A stretch of 63,575 nucleotides of DNA, counting the filler, from Stramenopiles sp. TOSAG23-2 (Eukaryota), in NCBI GenBank assembly GCA_900128395.1. It is 16 parts of 16 records of this genome, joined end to end, with 100 filler letters (N's around TTAATTAATTAA, not from the genome) between each part and the next. Parts side by side here need not be neighbours in the genome. Positions count along the whole stretch, not along the records: positions 31,957 to 35,830 come from LT651061.1; positions 35,931 to 39,798 come from LT651062.1; positions 39,899 to 43,765 come from LT651063.1; positions 43,866 to 47,731 come from LT651064.1; 12 more parts are not named here. The stretch is one strand, 5' to 3'. Positions within the stretch are counted from its first letter, which is position 1. Each line of letters opens with the position of its first letter. The position numbers were made by a program, and so were the translations under genes. The notes under the pieces are model-generated. The model made no database searches, was not told the DNA's origin, and worked only from the letters and a program-made list of their open reading frames with translations. Below are positions 32,407-44,401 of this stretch, piece after piece.

Positions 32407-33787
32407 GTAAGTACCAGGATTTGATTTTTTTAATTCATATTGCATTGGTGTATTGTCGTGATCTAAATTTTGGTTTTCTACTGAATCAATTAAAGATGCC
32501 ATGAGGTCTCCTGCTACACCAGCATTTTTAAATTGATTACCACTAGTTCCAATTGCCATATAATAACCTCCAAGGGATGATTTATCATAAATTGGTGTCC
32601 AATCTGGTGTCACATCATATGCAGAAACAATTCCTTGTGTTTTACTTCCAGTTGGCAATGGTAAATTTGGAATTCTTAATGCGACACGATATATGTAATT
32701 TTGCCAATTTTCTGTTAAAGATAAATTCATATCTACATCTATATCGCCATCTACCCATTCTTCAGGGTCACAATCTGGCTCTGTCCCTCCAATCAAAATC
32801 TTATTTCCAACCTCTGGTCGCCAATATGCACCTATATCTAAATCAGTTGTGATCTGTGGGGCGTAGCGTATGAACGAGTAATGTGTTAGAGAGATACCCT
32901 TTTTAGGTTTAGGGGAATAGAATTTAACTTACCATTCCGTCAATATCCATATTAACACCTTCGGGAGGTTGACAATATGCAACTTCTTGTCTCATCGCTC
33001 TTGTTGTAACTTTCATGTCATTGGGGACAGAATTTTTATTTTCAGGAAAAGCTAATTTATTAATTAATGAACTTTTTGGCCCAGCAGCATTGACGACAAT
33101 TGGTGCACATATTTCAGTACCATCATTTAATGTTAAGCTTTCGACCTTGCCTTCTTTTTGATTAATGCTTGTAACAGTTTTATTATATAGAAATGTACCT
33201 CCATTTTTTTCTGCTGCAAATGCCAAATTCATTGTAGCCAATTGTGGGTCTGATACGTATCCTGTTTCTGGGCAATACACAGCACCTTCGACTTTGCTGT
33301 CTTGAATAGGTATACCAAACTTTGGATCGTCTATTCTTGCGGGTTTGTAAGAATGTGTTAAATCCCAACCGATTTTACCTAACTTCTCCTGTGCTGTTGC
33401 AAGATCCCATTCTACACATTTCACCCCTGCTTCAATCATACAAGGAACGCTTTTATCTAAAAAAGCTTTTGATTGTTCGGTGCGTATTAAAACACCGCCA
33501 CATTCTCTTAGTTTTGCAAATCCTCTTGGATCCTCAACATCTATAAAATTTTCCCAGTCTTTCCAGTAGTGATAACCCTCCCAGCTAAATTTCACACTAT
33601 CTAATATGGAGTAAAACATTCGGCAAATACCACTACTGTAAGATGTAGTTCCGTACCCAGCCCCAGCATTTGAATCAATATTAATAACATTATATCCTAA
33701 CCTAGATAAATGAAGTGATGTCGAAGAACCAATAACACCAGCACCAATGATTGCAACATCATATATTGTTTTAATCTTCTTCGCCAT
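32341..33787 (-). CDS. FAD-dependent oxidoreductase (DAO/sarcosine oxidase beta-like), exons 33787-32933 and 32853-32341, 455 aa
   Basis: IIGAGVIG, VVNAAGP, YDVTPDWTPIYD and GTSGNQFKNA. Intron GTAAGT...CACAG joins the two track ORFs in frame. Confidence 0.9.
32854..32932 (-). other. Spliceosomal intron I3 (79 nt, phase 0), member of a repeated intron family
   Basis: GT-AG ends, frame restored, homologous to I2. Confidence 0.9.
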
Positions 33788-33892
33788 TATTTTTACGTGG
33801 TTATAGTTACATAAATAATATATATGCGTTATATTTCAATTCTGATATAGTAATACATCTGACATCAAAATATACAATTTGCACATTTCTTA

Positions 33893-34077
33893 AAAAAAAG
33901 AAAAACAAATTTATTATTATTATATTTCCAACCAGCAAACTACTAGTACATGTAGTCTATAAAAAAAATAATTCTTTCGGCAAGGTGCCTAGAAAAAAGA
34001 AAAACAAATTTATTATTATTATATTTCCAACCAGCAAACTACTAGTAGTCTATAAAAAAAATAATTCTTTCGGCAAG
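33893..34077. repeat. ~90-bp direct duplication upstream of the oxidoreductase; the second copy has a small deletion
   Basis: 33893-33984 compared with 33993-34077. Confidence 0.85.
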
Positions 34078-36419
34078 CTGGCAAGCCCGGTAAATTTTAA
34101 AATGATGGCGGTGATGGCGATGGATTTTAGCACGACATAGCATTAAAATCACAAAAATCCCAAAACATTCTTACGAATAGGTTCACACTGTATTACAAAA
34201 CAGACAAATAACTTAAAAATAGGAAACATTTACACATAATATAATACAATACAAATATAATAATTAAGGTACATAATAATAAATATACATATAATTAAAA
34301 CATATAACAATACAATATATATACTACTAACTAGGAACATAGGAACATATACTACTCTAAGAATACATAAATCTAGAATAAAAATAAAAGAAAGAGAAGC
34401 GTCATGAGTATGAAGGTGAGGTAAGCCAACCCAGGTCTTACACTCAAGTAGGCTGTTAGACATCAAACGGACACCTATCAGAATAGCAGGTAAATATCAT
34501 TAAGCGTGACATTTTGATTTAAAAAAAAAAAATTAGCATGGGAATAGGCCGTAAAACTGCCCCTTCTTAGGTCCAAAAAAAAGTGTCGCGCGTAAATACC
34601 TGTAATATCAGGTGTTGGCGACATTTTAGAGTGGAAAAAATCAAGTGACCGTAAAAATATATTGGCAATATTTATATAGAATAGCATGGAATAGCATTGA
34701 AAATGAATAAAAAACATAAAAGACTACTAGTTTTCCAGTGGAAGTAACAAAAAACGTCCTATGTCTCTTGGATTATTTTAAATTTTGGTCTACATGTAGA
34801 CAAAAACTAACTAGCTTCAAAATAGCTTCATTTAAGGCACTTTTGTGATACTACTTCAAGTGGTAACAGAAATTATGGTTGCTTTTGTACTTGAATACAA
34901 CAGTATACAAAAGAAGATAGGGAATAAATTGGAAACAGTACATTCTGTAATATAACAAGCATCAAAAAGAAATTATTTTATGTATATGGACCAAAAAAAT
35001 ACACTAGTAAATGTTGCCTTAAAAATTCATAAGAGATTATTTTTTCTTTTCATTTCTTCTCCAATTATTTATTAATATTCTTTATAGTCTCCAATTATTA
35101 TATAGTCTCCAATTATATTATGATTTATTATTATTATTTAATATTTTTATTACTAATATTATTATTATTTATTATTTTTATTAATTAATTAATTAATTCA
35201 ATTATAATGCAATAGATTATTATGTTATACACTTATCAAATGTATTTTCATCTGTTATTAATCTGTATTTCATTTTCTCTTCATTGTATCTATTGCATTA
35301 TAATTTAATTAAAGTATTAATTATTATCATCATAATAAATAATACTGGAATAATAAAAATAACACTGTTGTCGTAATATAATATTTTTTGTGGTGGGTCG
35401 CCAGTAGTCGCCAGTGGAAGTTTAATATAAAATGGAACATAATGGTATAAAAATATGTATACAGATATTACTGTGTTGCCTATGTATATTATCAATTTAT
35501 GTCATGTGTTCTATCCATGATGGACAGAACCACTCCTGCATTATAAATTATAAGGCTCCCTACTAAAAGACTACGAACATATTGATATTAAATAGGTGGA
35601 CCGGAAAACTGTACCGTACAGAAATTCCGGTGATATGTTTGCTGTACTTGCTACAATATACAGTTGTTTAACTTTACCTATATATTTACATACATTTCTT
35701 TGGCTTACCCTAATACAATCCAAGCAAGCCAGAAAATAGATTCAAATAGACTATAGACTACTACTTTTCCAGTGGAAGTACACCAAAACTCCTATGTCTA
35801 AATTTGAATGTTTTGGCCACGCCGTGAAGGNNNNNNNNNNNNNNNNNNNNNNNNNNNNNNNNNNNNNNNNNNNNTTAATTAATTAANNNNNNNNNNNNNN
35901 NNNNNNNNNNNNNNNNNNNNNNNNNNNNNNTTATGTAATAAATAAATTATTGATTATTTCTCTTCTTAGTCTAAGTAGTTTTCACTTCTACAATATGTAT
36001 TGTTCTAGTTTACATATATATGAATTTACAAATGTGAAAATATCATCATTCCAATTTTATAATTATTAAATCTGGAAGTATCCGAAAATAACATAAGATG
36101 TTTGCAATGCTGTGTCTATGTTAGATGAAAATATACTAAAAGTATGACCGATTTCAAGAATTTTTCCTTGCGTAAGCTGGTAAGAATTTATTATTATTAG
36201 TAGATCTATATTATTGCAACTATTATTATATTAATCCAGCAGTAATATTATATTTTATTAGCATATAGTATTTACCAGAACCTGCATAAAAAAGCCTGCG
36301 TATTGATTGAAACGAGCTATATTGGTTGTGAATATATAGTATAAAAAGCAAATCCCTATTATTTGGTCAGCAATACCGATCAGGTGGGAAGCAGAGAAAA
36401 AAGTACTTATTTAATTACA

Positions 36420-38552
36420 ATGTCGAATGTACCGGAAACAACGACAATATCTGTAGATAAAAAAGACGTAGAATTAATTGAAACAACGATACCGTTGAAA
36501 AATAACAATGAATTAAAGGAACTGAAAGACATAAAAAAAACGAGAAATTCAACAAATATTTCAACTATGAATATTGTTAAGGACATAAAAAAAAACAAAA
36601 TTAAATGTTGGAATGTATTTCGGTGTCGTGGTTTGACATTAATTCTATTGACCATTGCAATCACGGTATTTCAATGGATTGTATTGTTTTCTTACACGCG
36701 AACTCCAAATGCCCCCTTTGCAAAGTTAGAAAGACCTTGGATGTGGGTATTTCTTATCATAGCACTTTTGTTTACTTTACTATTTATCTGGATTGTTTTG
36801 CGTTGGAAAGCTATTGCTTTGGGTACACTGAAATTATATCATGAAGAGAAAGAGGACCATCAGGAGAAAGCGGACCAGAAGAAGGTGGTGGAAGAAGTTG
36901 GCCAGGAGAAGGTGGTGAAAGAAGTGGGCCAGGAGAAAGGAAAGATAGTAAAGAAATTGATGCCTTTGAGAAATTTATACAACGATTACTTTGATATTAA
37001 TGGAAAGTATTATTTGTGGAAATTTCATACATCTGAATTCATCGAAAATTGGATTCAATATTATAATTTACAGCAAGTTTTTTTATGCACAATGCCTTTA
37101 GAATATACTCTTGTAGTATATTTTATTATGATATTAGAAACTGGAGGGAGAGCATTTGCATTTGGTAGATTGTTGTTTAAATCTTCCTCAGACACCACGA
37201 CGGTTGAATTTAGAGATTCGCTAGTGGTTTCAGATACAATTGTAGATGTATTTTTTTTGATTTACCCATTGGCAATTATTTACTTGGGGTTTCAAATAAT
37301 ATTGTTACCTGTCCAAGTATTGATAATGATCTCATCACCTAGCATTTCATTATTCAGTATGTTGCGAAATATGCTAATAGAAACAATTACTGTAAATATC
37401 GATAATCTAGTTATTTCATCGCAAGAACAAAGAAGTATGAAACGTGGCCGCCGACGTCTATCTTTATTTACAGCAGATCGAGAGACGAAAATTGCACGAT
37501 TACAAAATGCTCATTTTCCAAGATGGGCTAAGTTAAGTGTATTTGCTACAAGCTTGTTTTATTGGATTTTGATGATTATGACAGTTATAGTTCAAATTAG
37601 TAGTTATGGAGAAGTCGATGAAATTTGTAAATCAATATTGTCGATTGATCAAGATGTTTTGAAAACAGTTTGGAAAAAAGGTTGTAAAGTGAAGACACCA
37701 TATTGTAAAAATATGTTTGAACTAAATTGTGAAGATGGTTGTGCTTCAATAGAGATAAAAAATCATAACTTGACGAAATTGCCTGAAAATATAGTTAAAA
37801 TGACTAGGATGAAGACATTATCAATACAAAACGGGCCATTAAATATTTTACCTGCTGAAATGGAAAAAATGAAATACTTGACATTTTTAGACTTGAAACA
37901 TAATAACTTGAGAATATTTAATGTTGACATAACTAAATACGAATATCTGAACACATTGTATTTGAGTTTTAATAATATAACAACAATTGATAATAGTGTA
38001 TTTTTACATGAAACACTTCAGCAACTTTGGATTAATTCAAATATAGGATTGAACTTCCCATCGAAAATTAAGTTGCCATTTGTATTCTTTTTAGATGCAC
38101 GAAATAACTCTGTTGAAGTTCCTAATCTTGGAAGAGATCAGCTGCCAGCTATTTTATACTTGTATCTAAATGGAAATAAAATGCCAGGTGGAGTTATACC
38201 TGAAACATTCAATGAGCTATCTTCAACTTTAGTAAAAGTTGGGTTATCCGATTGCAAAATAAGATCATTGCCAGTCTATTTAAGTACTTTTGAGAAAATT
38301 CAGTATCTTGATGCAAGAAACAACTACATTGCAACAGTTCCTTCTGAAGTAACAAAATGGATTCAAGACAGAAGTATCGAAGCCTACTTCCATAATAATT
38401 CTTTGCTGTGTAAAAATGATGCAGAGAATTATGGAAAATCTTGCGAAGCTTTATGTAGCAAATATTGCTATGCAAAAGTGCACAAAAATAATTTTTGCGA
38501 CGATGTGTGTAATTCAAAAGAGTGTAATTACGATGATGGAGATTGTATATAA
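36420..38552 (+). CDS. Multi-pass membrane protein with C-terminal LRRs and an LNR (Notch-like) module
   Basis: About 6-7 hydrophobic segments, LxxLxLxxNxL repeats, and terminal CDDVCNSKECNYDDGDC. First ATG is at 36420 (track starts at TTG 36363). Confidence 0.85.
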   Translation: MSNVPETTTISVDKKDVELIETTIPLKNNNELKELKDIKKTRNSTNISTMNIVKDIKKNKIKCWNVFRCRGLTLILLTIAITVFQWIVLFSYTRTPNAPFAKLERPWMWVFLIIALLFTLLFIWIVLRWKAIALGTLKLYHEEKEDHQEKADQKKVVEEVGQEKVVKEVGQEKGKIVKKLMPLRNLYNDYFDINGKYYLWKFHTSEFIENWIQYYNLQQVFLCTMPLEYTLVVYFIMILETGGRAFAFGRLLFKSSSDTTTVEFRDSLVVSDTIVDVFFLIYPLAIIYLGFQIILLPVQVLIMISSPSISLFSMLRNMLIETITVNIDNLVISSQEQRSMKRGRRRLSLFTADRETKIARLQNAHFPRWAKLSVFATSLFYWILMIMTVIVQISSYGEVDEICKSILSIDQDVLKTVWKKGCKVKTPYCKNMFELNCEDGCASIEIKNHNLTKLPENIVKMTRMKTLSIQNGPLNILPAEMEKMKYLTFLDLKHNNLRIFNVDITKYEYLNTLYLSFNNITTIDNSVFLHETLQQLWINSNIGLNFPSKIKLPFVFFLDARNNSVEVPNLGRDQLPAILYLYLNGNKMPGGVIPETFNELSSTLVKVGLSDCKIRSLPVYLSTFEKIQYLDARNNYIATVPSEVTKWIQDRSIEAYFHNNSLLCKNDAENYGKSCEALCSKYCYAKVHKNNFCDDVCNSKECNYDDGDCI

Positions 38553-39213
38553 ATTTGTAAGTGTGAATTGCAAACGTGTTTCCATGTGGATTATTGTCCT
38601 GACAAAGTAAAAATGATTCCATGTGACATATACAAAATATACACCAGGTACCTACAATGACATTGAAGGATTACTAACACCATATACAAAAATATGTGAT
38701 ATTGGTAGAATACCAACTGTAATTCCTTCTAGTTGCACATTTTGCCCAGTGAGGAGGGAAGTAATAATAATAATACAGCAAGGAGAAGACCACCTGTAGA
38801 GTCAAATGATATTAAATTAAATGTTCAAAACCCAATGAACAATCGGAACAACAACAACAATGGCAGTGATGATGATGTTGATGATGAGGAAGCAAGGCGG
38901 CGTGCAAGAAGAGAACGACGTAGACGTAAAAGATGCGAATCAAAAAATTTAAAATTTCCAATTGGTTCAGTACGTACAAATGCATCACTACTGGAGTCGT
39001 CACCAATATCCGGGTAGTACTGATTTCTGATTTCCGTGCGCAGCGTGTCCTCACACAGTATTGACACAGAATGTTTTATTTAATACTAAATTTCCGCTTT
39101 TGTCATTTCAATGTTTTTTATTTTTGGCCATTCTTTGCCATTATTATATTGCACTATTTAGGTAATTTCACTTCTAAATTAGCTTTACATTTTTCCATTT
39201 TAATTTTTATGCG

Positions 39214-39279
39214 ATTAGCATATAAATAGAACTATCGTGATTAGCATATAAATAGAACTATCGATGCTATTTATATGCT
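39214..39279. repeat. Short tandem repeat plus a perfect 13-bp inverted repeat
   Basis: AGCATATAAATAG (39243-39255), an 11-nt loop, then CTATTTATATGCT (39267-39279). Confidence 0.8.
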
Positions 39280-39898
39280 TTTCAATATTACAGGGATTAA
39301 GGGGTGTTTTTCAGTTAAAGAATAATAATTTCCAATAGTAATACGTTTTATTTTTAATTATAACTACACAGTATTGAATTTTCAGCGATATATTACATTA
39401 TCTATCAATATTTTGAGAAGTGTATGTAGTTGCTGTACTTGGTAAAAAAAAAATGGCCGTTGGGAGACGATGCTTCTTTGTTTGCCTTTTTATTTTATGT
39501 TTTTTATTTCGAAACAAAGATAGTCAATAGGAGGAGAGAGTGTAAACACCATCTTTTATTCATAAAAGAGTTAGTTGCATTTATTGTTATTATATTTGTA
39601 TATTTTGTACGCGAGCGCGCGCGTGTGTGTGTGTGTTGGAGAGAAAAAAAAACAATACCTTGTGCTTGTAGTCGTATATACTTTTCCTGATTTATAAATT
39701 AATTAACAAATAAATTAATATGGTGTATAATTTAAAACGTCTATTATCCGATTGCTCGAAACGAAAATGGAGAATACGAAGGTTGAAAAAAAATGTACNN
39801 NNNNNNNNNNNNNNNNNNNNNNNNNNNNNNNNNNNNNNNNNNTTAATTAATTAANNNNNNNNNNNNNNNNNNNNNNNNNNNNNNNNNNNNNNNNNNNN

Positions 39899-40371
39899 AG
39901 CATTGGTTTTATATTTAAATCTAATATAGATGAACATTTTGTACAACGTTTACGACATTGTGATTCATTTAACCATTGTCCAGATACATTCATGACGTAT
40001 GATTTAACACATCGTTTACAACCAATATGTACTTTTAATTTATCAACACGTAATAAATTGATTTTCCACATGATATTAATTTTAATTTCAATTGTTATAT
40101 CATTTTTTTTAATTAAATTCGATGAAGTTAAAGTATTATTTAAATCAATTTCAACACGTTGTTTATTTTGTGATAGATACATCTCACTATCAAGAATATT
40201 ATCTTTAAAACAATCATCTGTATCAATCATTATTAATTCATTATCAACATTGTTGTTGTTGTTATTATTGGGTTTGCTTTTGCTATATAATTTCTTATCT
40301 TCTCGCCATGCAGTTTTCGAATAAAATGAATTTAAATTATTATTGTTGTTGGTGGTATTATTATTATTTAC
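39899..40371 (-). CDS. Fragment of a protein with paired CxxC motifs (putative zinc-binding)
   Basis: GCKRC...RCTKC. Bounded by gaps (internal N run at 40372-40445). Confidence 0.5.
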
Positions 40372-40471
40372 NNNNNNNNNNNNNNNNNNNNNNNNNNNNN
40401 NNNNNNNNNNNNNNNNNNNNNNNNNNNNNNNNNNNNNNNNNNNNNACCTAATGAATTTTCATTTGGAAAGA

Positions 40472-41059
40472 TTAACCATCCATTGTTTTATATATTGTAT
40501 GATTTTTTTCTTTTATTCTCATTTTTGCAGCGGAGACATTAGTAGCTACTTGTGAATCTTTTAAATCAATTTCATTTGAACGTAATTTTCTTGATTCCAA
40601 TTCTTGTTTACGTGCATATGCTTTGTCTTTTTGTTGTTGAATTCTCCTTTCTTCCATTTTTTTCAATAAATATTCTTTCATTTTAGTAAAATAAATGGTT
40701 CTGGAAATGTAGACAAATATTAATGTTAAGAATATGATCATACCTTTCCATGTCATAACGTAATTTTCCATGATTGAACGTGGGGATGCAAATTGGATGT
40801 TTGATTTTTTTATCAAAACTATGCAAATTAATAATATTATGAAGATAACCAATCCATATTTCAATGTTGTGATAATTAATTCTTGTAATTTCTCATCATC
40901 CAAATTATTATTATTATTATTATTATAATTACTACTTTTTTTGTTAAATGTTGTAGATGTTTTCTTCTTATTATTATTAAATAATGATGATAATGATCCC
41001 GTAGTAGTTGATGATGGTATTGTTTTCTTTTTTTTCTTTGTTTTATTACGTGATGGCAT
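40472..41059 (-). CDS. Hypothetical 2-TM membrane protein with a coiled-coil tail
   Basis: Two hydrophobic segments and a basic N-terminus. Confidence 0.6.
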   Translation of the reverse strand: MPSRNKTKKKKKTIPSSTTTGSLSSLFNNNKKKTSTTFNKKSSNYNNNNNNNLDDEKLQELIITTLKYGLVIFIILLICIVLIKKSNIQFASPRSIMENYVMTWKGMIIFLTLIFVYISRTIYFTKMKEYLLKKMEERRIQQQKDKAYARKQELESRKLRSNEIDLKDSQVATNVSAAKMRIKEKNHTIYKTMDG

Positions 41060-41264
41060 TGTTCTTCTTTCAAAACAACAACAATATAAAGATTAATACG
41101 TATATGTTGTTTGTATTTTTTATGTTGTCATTGATAGACTAGACTATATTTTATTTTTTATTTTAATAATTTTGAATCAAAATGATGTGTGTGTGTATGT
41201 GTGTTGAATAGAACAAGTAGAAGAAGGTGGTGTGGATAGTAAGAAAAGAAACAAAATCGAAACA

Positions 41265-42605
41265 ATGACATCTATTGCTACTACTATGAATATTACGACA
41301 AACCCAATCCAAGAAAAAAATGAAAATAAGATCAAAAATATGGTATCATTAACAACACCATTAAATATTCATAATATATATAAACAAGTTTTATTAATGA
41401 GAGAAAATGCTACAACACAGAATGAAATTACTGAAACTATTACCAATTTGACCTTTTTAATGAATAAATCAATGGAATATGAAACATATGAATTAGCTGG
41501 TAGTATCATGGAACAATTGGGATATTTGTTGCTGCAAGAAAATAGACGTGATGAAGCAATAAATATATTAGAACAATTGAATTATACACATTGCCTTGGA
41601 AGAAATATTATATGTTATGATAATCAAATAAATCAAATTGCAACAAAAAATAATAACATTGTACATGTATATCAAAATATAATATCAAACGATAGTATAT
41701 TGAATCAATTAAAAATGGCATTTCATCAAAATTCACCATATTGGACTGAACATAATTATCCATGTGGTTATTTTTCATATTCACATCCGATTTCCACAAC
41801 AACAACAACAACAACAACAACGACAAGAAACGATGATAAGAAGAATCATTTAATTGAACAATTTGCAAACTATATACAAGATATTATATCAATTAAATTT
41901 CCAAAAGTTAAAACTGCAAAAGTTGTTGAATGGTGGGCACATCGTCGACCACATTGCCATTCTCATCAAATGCATTTCGATTCTGATAATGAAGGTATTG
42001 GTACAGTACGTAATCCAATCTGTTCTACTGTCTTTTATTTAACACCAGAAGGTATTGGTGGTCCAACATTAGTTACAACACAAACATTACAATCACAAAC
42101 ATTAGCAAAAAATGGATGGTTAATCTTTCCAAATGAAAATTCATTAGGTGTCTTTGATGGGAAATATTTACATGGGGTTATTCCTGGCAAAGGTGTTACT
42201 AACGTTGCAAACAGAGGTAGTAATAAGAATGGTGTCGATACATCGTCATCATTACCACCACGACGTATTACATTAATGATAGCTTTCTGGGATTCAATTG
42301 AGATACGTTCCAATAATGCCAAACCTGGTGCTTCGAGAATGTTTCCATCACCAACAACAATAACATCAAGTAATGGTGATGATGGTGGTAAATATACATG
42401 GCCAACATTATTAAAACCAGTGAATCAACAATTATTTACAGATATGTATGAAAAGTACGATGTGAGCAAAGAGGAAGTACCAATGATACAAGTGGCAGGT
42501 CCTATATGGGAACCATTAATTGACAACAATAGAAATAATAAAGAAGGTGGCAGTAGTGGTCCAATGCCGCGATATGATGATTGTTTTCAATACCCTGTCA
42601 TGTAA
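41265..42605 (+). CDS. 2-oxoglutarate/Fe(II)-dependent oxygenase-like protein
   Basis: HFD...STVFYL...GGPT...FDGKYLHGV...RRITL gives the HxD...H...R signature. Confidence 0.8.
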   Translation: MTSIATTMNITTNPIQEKNENKIKNMVSLTTPLNIHNIYKQVLLMRENATTQNEITETITNLTFLMNKSMEYETYELAGSIMEQLGYLLLQENRRDEAINILEQLNYTHCLGRNIICYDNQINQIATKNNNIVHVYQNIISNDSILNQLKMAFHQNSPYWTEHNYPCGYFSYSHPISTTTTTTTTTTRNDDKKNHLIEQFANYIQDIISIKFPKVKTAKVVEWWAHRRPHCHSHQMHFDSDNEGIGTVRNPICSTVFYLTPEGIGGPTLVTTQTLQSQTLAKNGWLIFPNENSLGVFDGKYLHGVIPGKGVTNVANRGSNKNGVDTSSSLPPRRITLMIAFWDSIEIRSNNAKPGASRMFPSPTTITSSNGDDGGKYTWPTLLKPVNQQLFTDMYEKYDVSKEEVPMIQVAGPIWEPLIDNNRNNKEGGSSGPMPRYDDCFQYPVM

Positions 42606-43055
42606 AAAAATGAAATATAATATAAATAATCATATATATATAATACTTGTTGCACTCAAAACAATTAATGCATATTAATATAGATAGATAGAAAAATAGA
42701 AACAACGGAAAGAGATGATGGACGAAATCTTAATCTGGTGTACAGTGTATGATGTGTTTGTACTTTTTAAAAAAAATAAATATATTTAAAATATACAACA
42801 CAGAAATTTGTATTTTATATATCTCTCTCTAAGAAAACACTCTGATTCACTCTCTTTCTTCTGTTTTTCACACCACTTTTTAAAAGATCTTATTTTTTCA
42901 TTTGAATGACATTTTTTCAACTAAAAACTACTTCTTTTATATTAAACTAAAAGAGGTGCAAAGAAAATGAATAAATGGAAATAGAAGACTGAGAGATACC
43001 GGAGATAAAAAAAAGAGACAGAAAAAAAAAGAAAGAGAGAAAATAAAATCAAAAC

Positions 43056-43765
43056 ATGGCATCGTTAACTACTAACTTACCACCAAGAAAGAAACTAAAG
43101 CAATCTACTATCGAAGCGTTAAAAGAAAAACCATTACGAAAAATTTATATTGGTTCATTTGTTTTACCAGCTGGAGTGGAATCAACATGTGGGATAATGA
43201 CAAATATGCTTCAAAATTTAGATATTAGATCATTATGTAATGTGAAACGATCTTCTTTAATACAACAAAATTAACTTAGTTATATCATTATGTAATGTGA
43301 AACGATCTTCTTTAATACAACAACTAAGTAAAGAATTTGGATCAGATGATTTGGAACGTGTACGTGATGAAGCATTGAGTCTTGATTATAAAGGTAGAAG
43401 AAGTATAAATGAGATAAGACTTTCACATCCAGCGAGAAGACTTTATTTATTAATTGAAAGGTATAAAAGAGAGTTTCCACGTGGTACAAGTCACAGAGAT
43501 CGAGTACCGACACCTATCGTATGTGCATGTCAACACAGGCGTATGGATGATGTAGAATTATTTATAAATCTTCATTGTTTTCACAAGTATATTACTAATC
43601 GTGATGTGAATGGTTACCGAGATGATATGACATTGAAAGAATACGTGAATCAAGTTGGTAAAAATAGTTATGGTTATGAACGTACACCTTTAATGATAGC
43701 TGCAGAGAACGAACATTTCCAAGTAGTTAAATATTTAATTGAACAAGGTGAAGCTGATCCTAATA
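43056..43765 (+). CDS. F-box-like plus ankyrin-repeat protein (partial), interrupted by a short internal duplication
   Basis: MLQNLDIRSLCNVKRSS (F-box-like) and TPLMIAAENEHFQVVKYLIEQGEADPN (ankyrin). A ~39-nt duplicate lies at 43229 and 43284. Confidence 0.65.
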
Positions 43766-43865
43766 NNNNNNNNNNNNNNNNNNNNNNNNNNNNNNNNNNN
43801 NNNNNNNNNTTAATTAATTAANNNNNNNNNNNNNNNNNNNNNNNNNNNNNNNNNNNNNNNNNNNN

Positions 43866-44216
43866 GCTTGATGAAATTTAATAATACTATTACAATTGAC
43901 AACAAAAATTGATATTGCATACATTGATGATGCCGGAACAAGTGATGAATGGAGGAGAAACTTGGAATTGTTAACAAATCCACATAGAGAAGATATTTAT
44001 GTCAATATGTCAATTGGTGTTGTCAATTGTAATAGTATTATTAAATTTCATCAAGCAAAATTTATAAAAGAAGAGGTATATTCTGAATATTGTAAGATGT
44101 TTACAGATGAAGCAAATGAAGCATATGCAAATAAAGGAAGCAGTATGGTTAATACAAAACGCAAATGCCGGAAAAGAAAGTCCGTTGGAAAGCCTTTATC
44201 AGTTGAACAAATATGA
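43866..44216 (+). CDS. C-terminal fragment of a hypothetical protein
   Basis: Open from near the contig edge, with a basic NLS-like tail. Confidence 0.45.
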
Positions 44217-44401
44217 AGCACATTAAGATGGCGGGAAAAGCAAAAGCATATCAAGTACTCGTATCAAATCTAGGTGGTGGGAAATAAAATTACAAAACTG
44301 TGAAATAACCTTTGACAAAATATTCATACGATATATATATATGCATATAAAATATAATTTTTATCATACTGTAAAACAAAAGTACTCGTATATACAAAAC
44401 C

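Noticed and set aside
38733-39067. Opposing short ORFs with protein-like stretches
   Set aside because: No starts or recognisable domains. Probably fused fragments.
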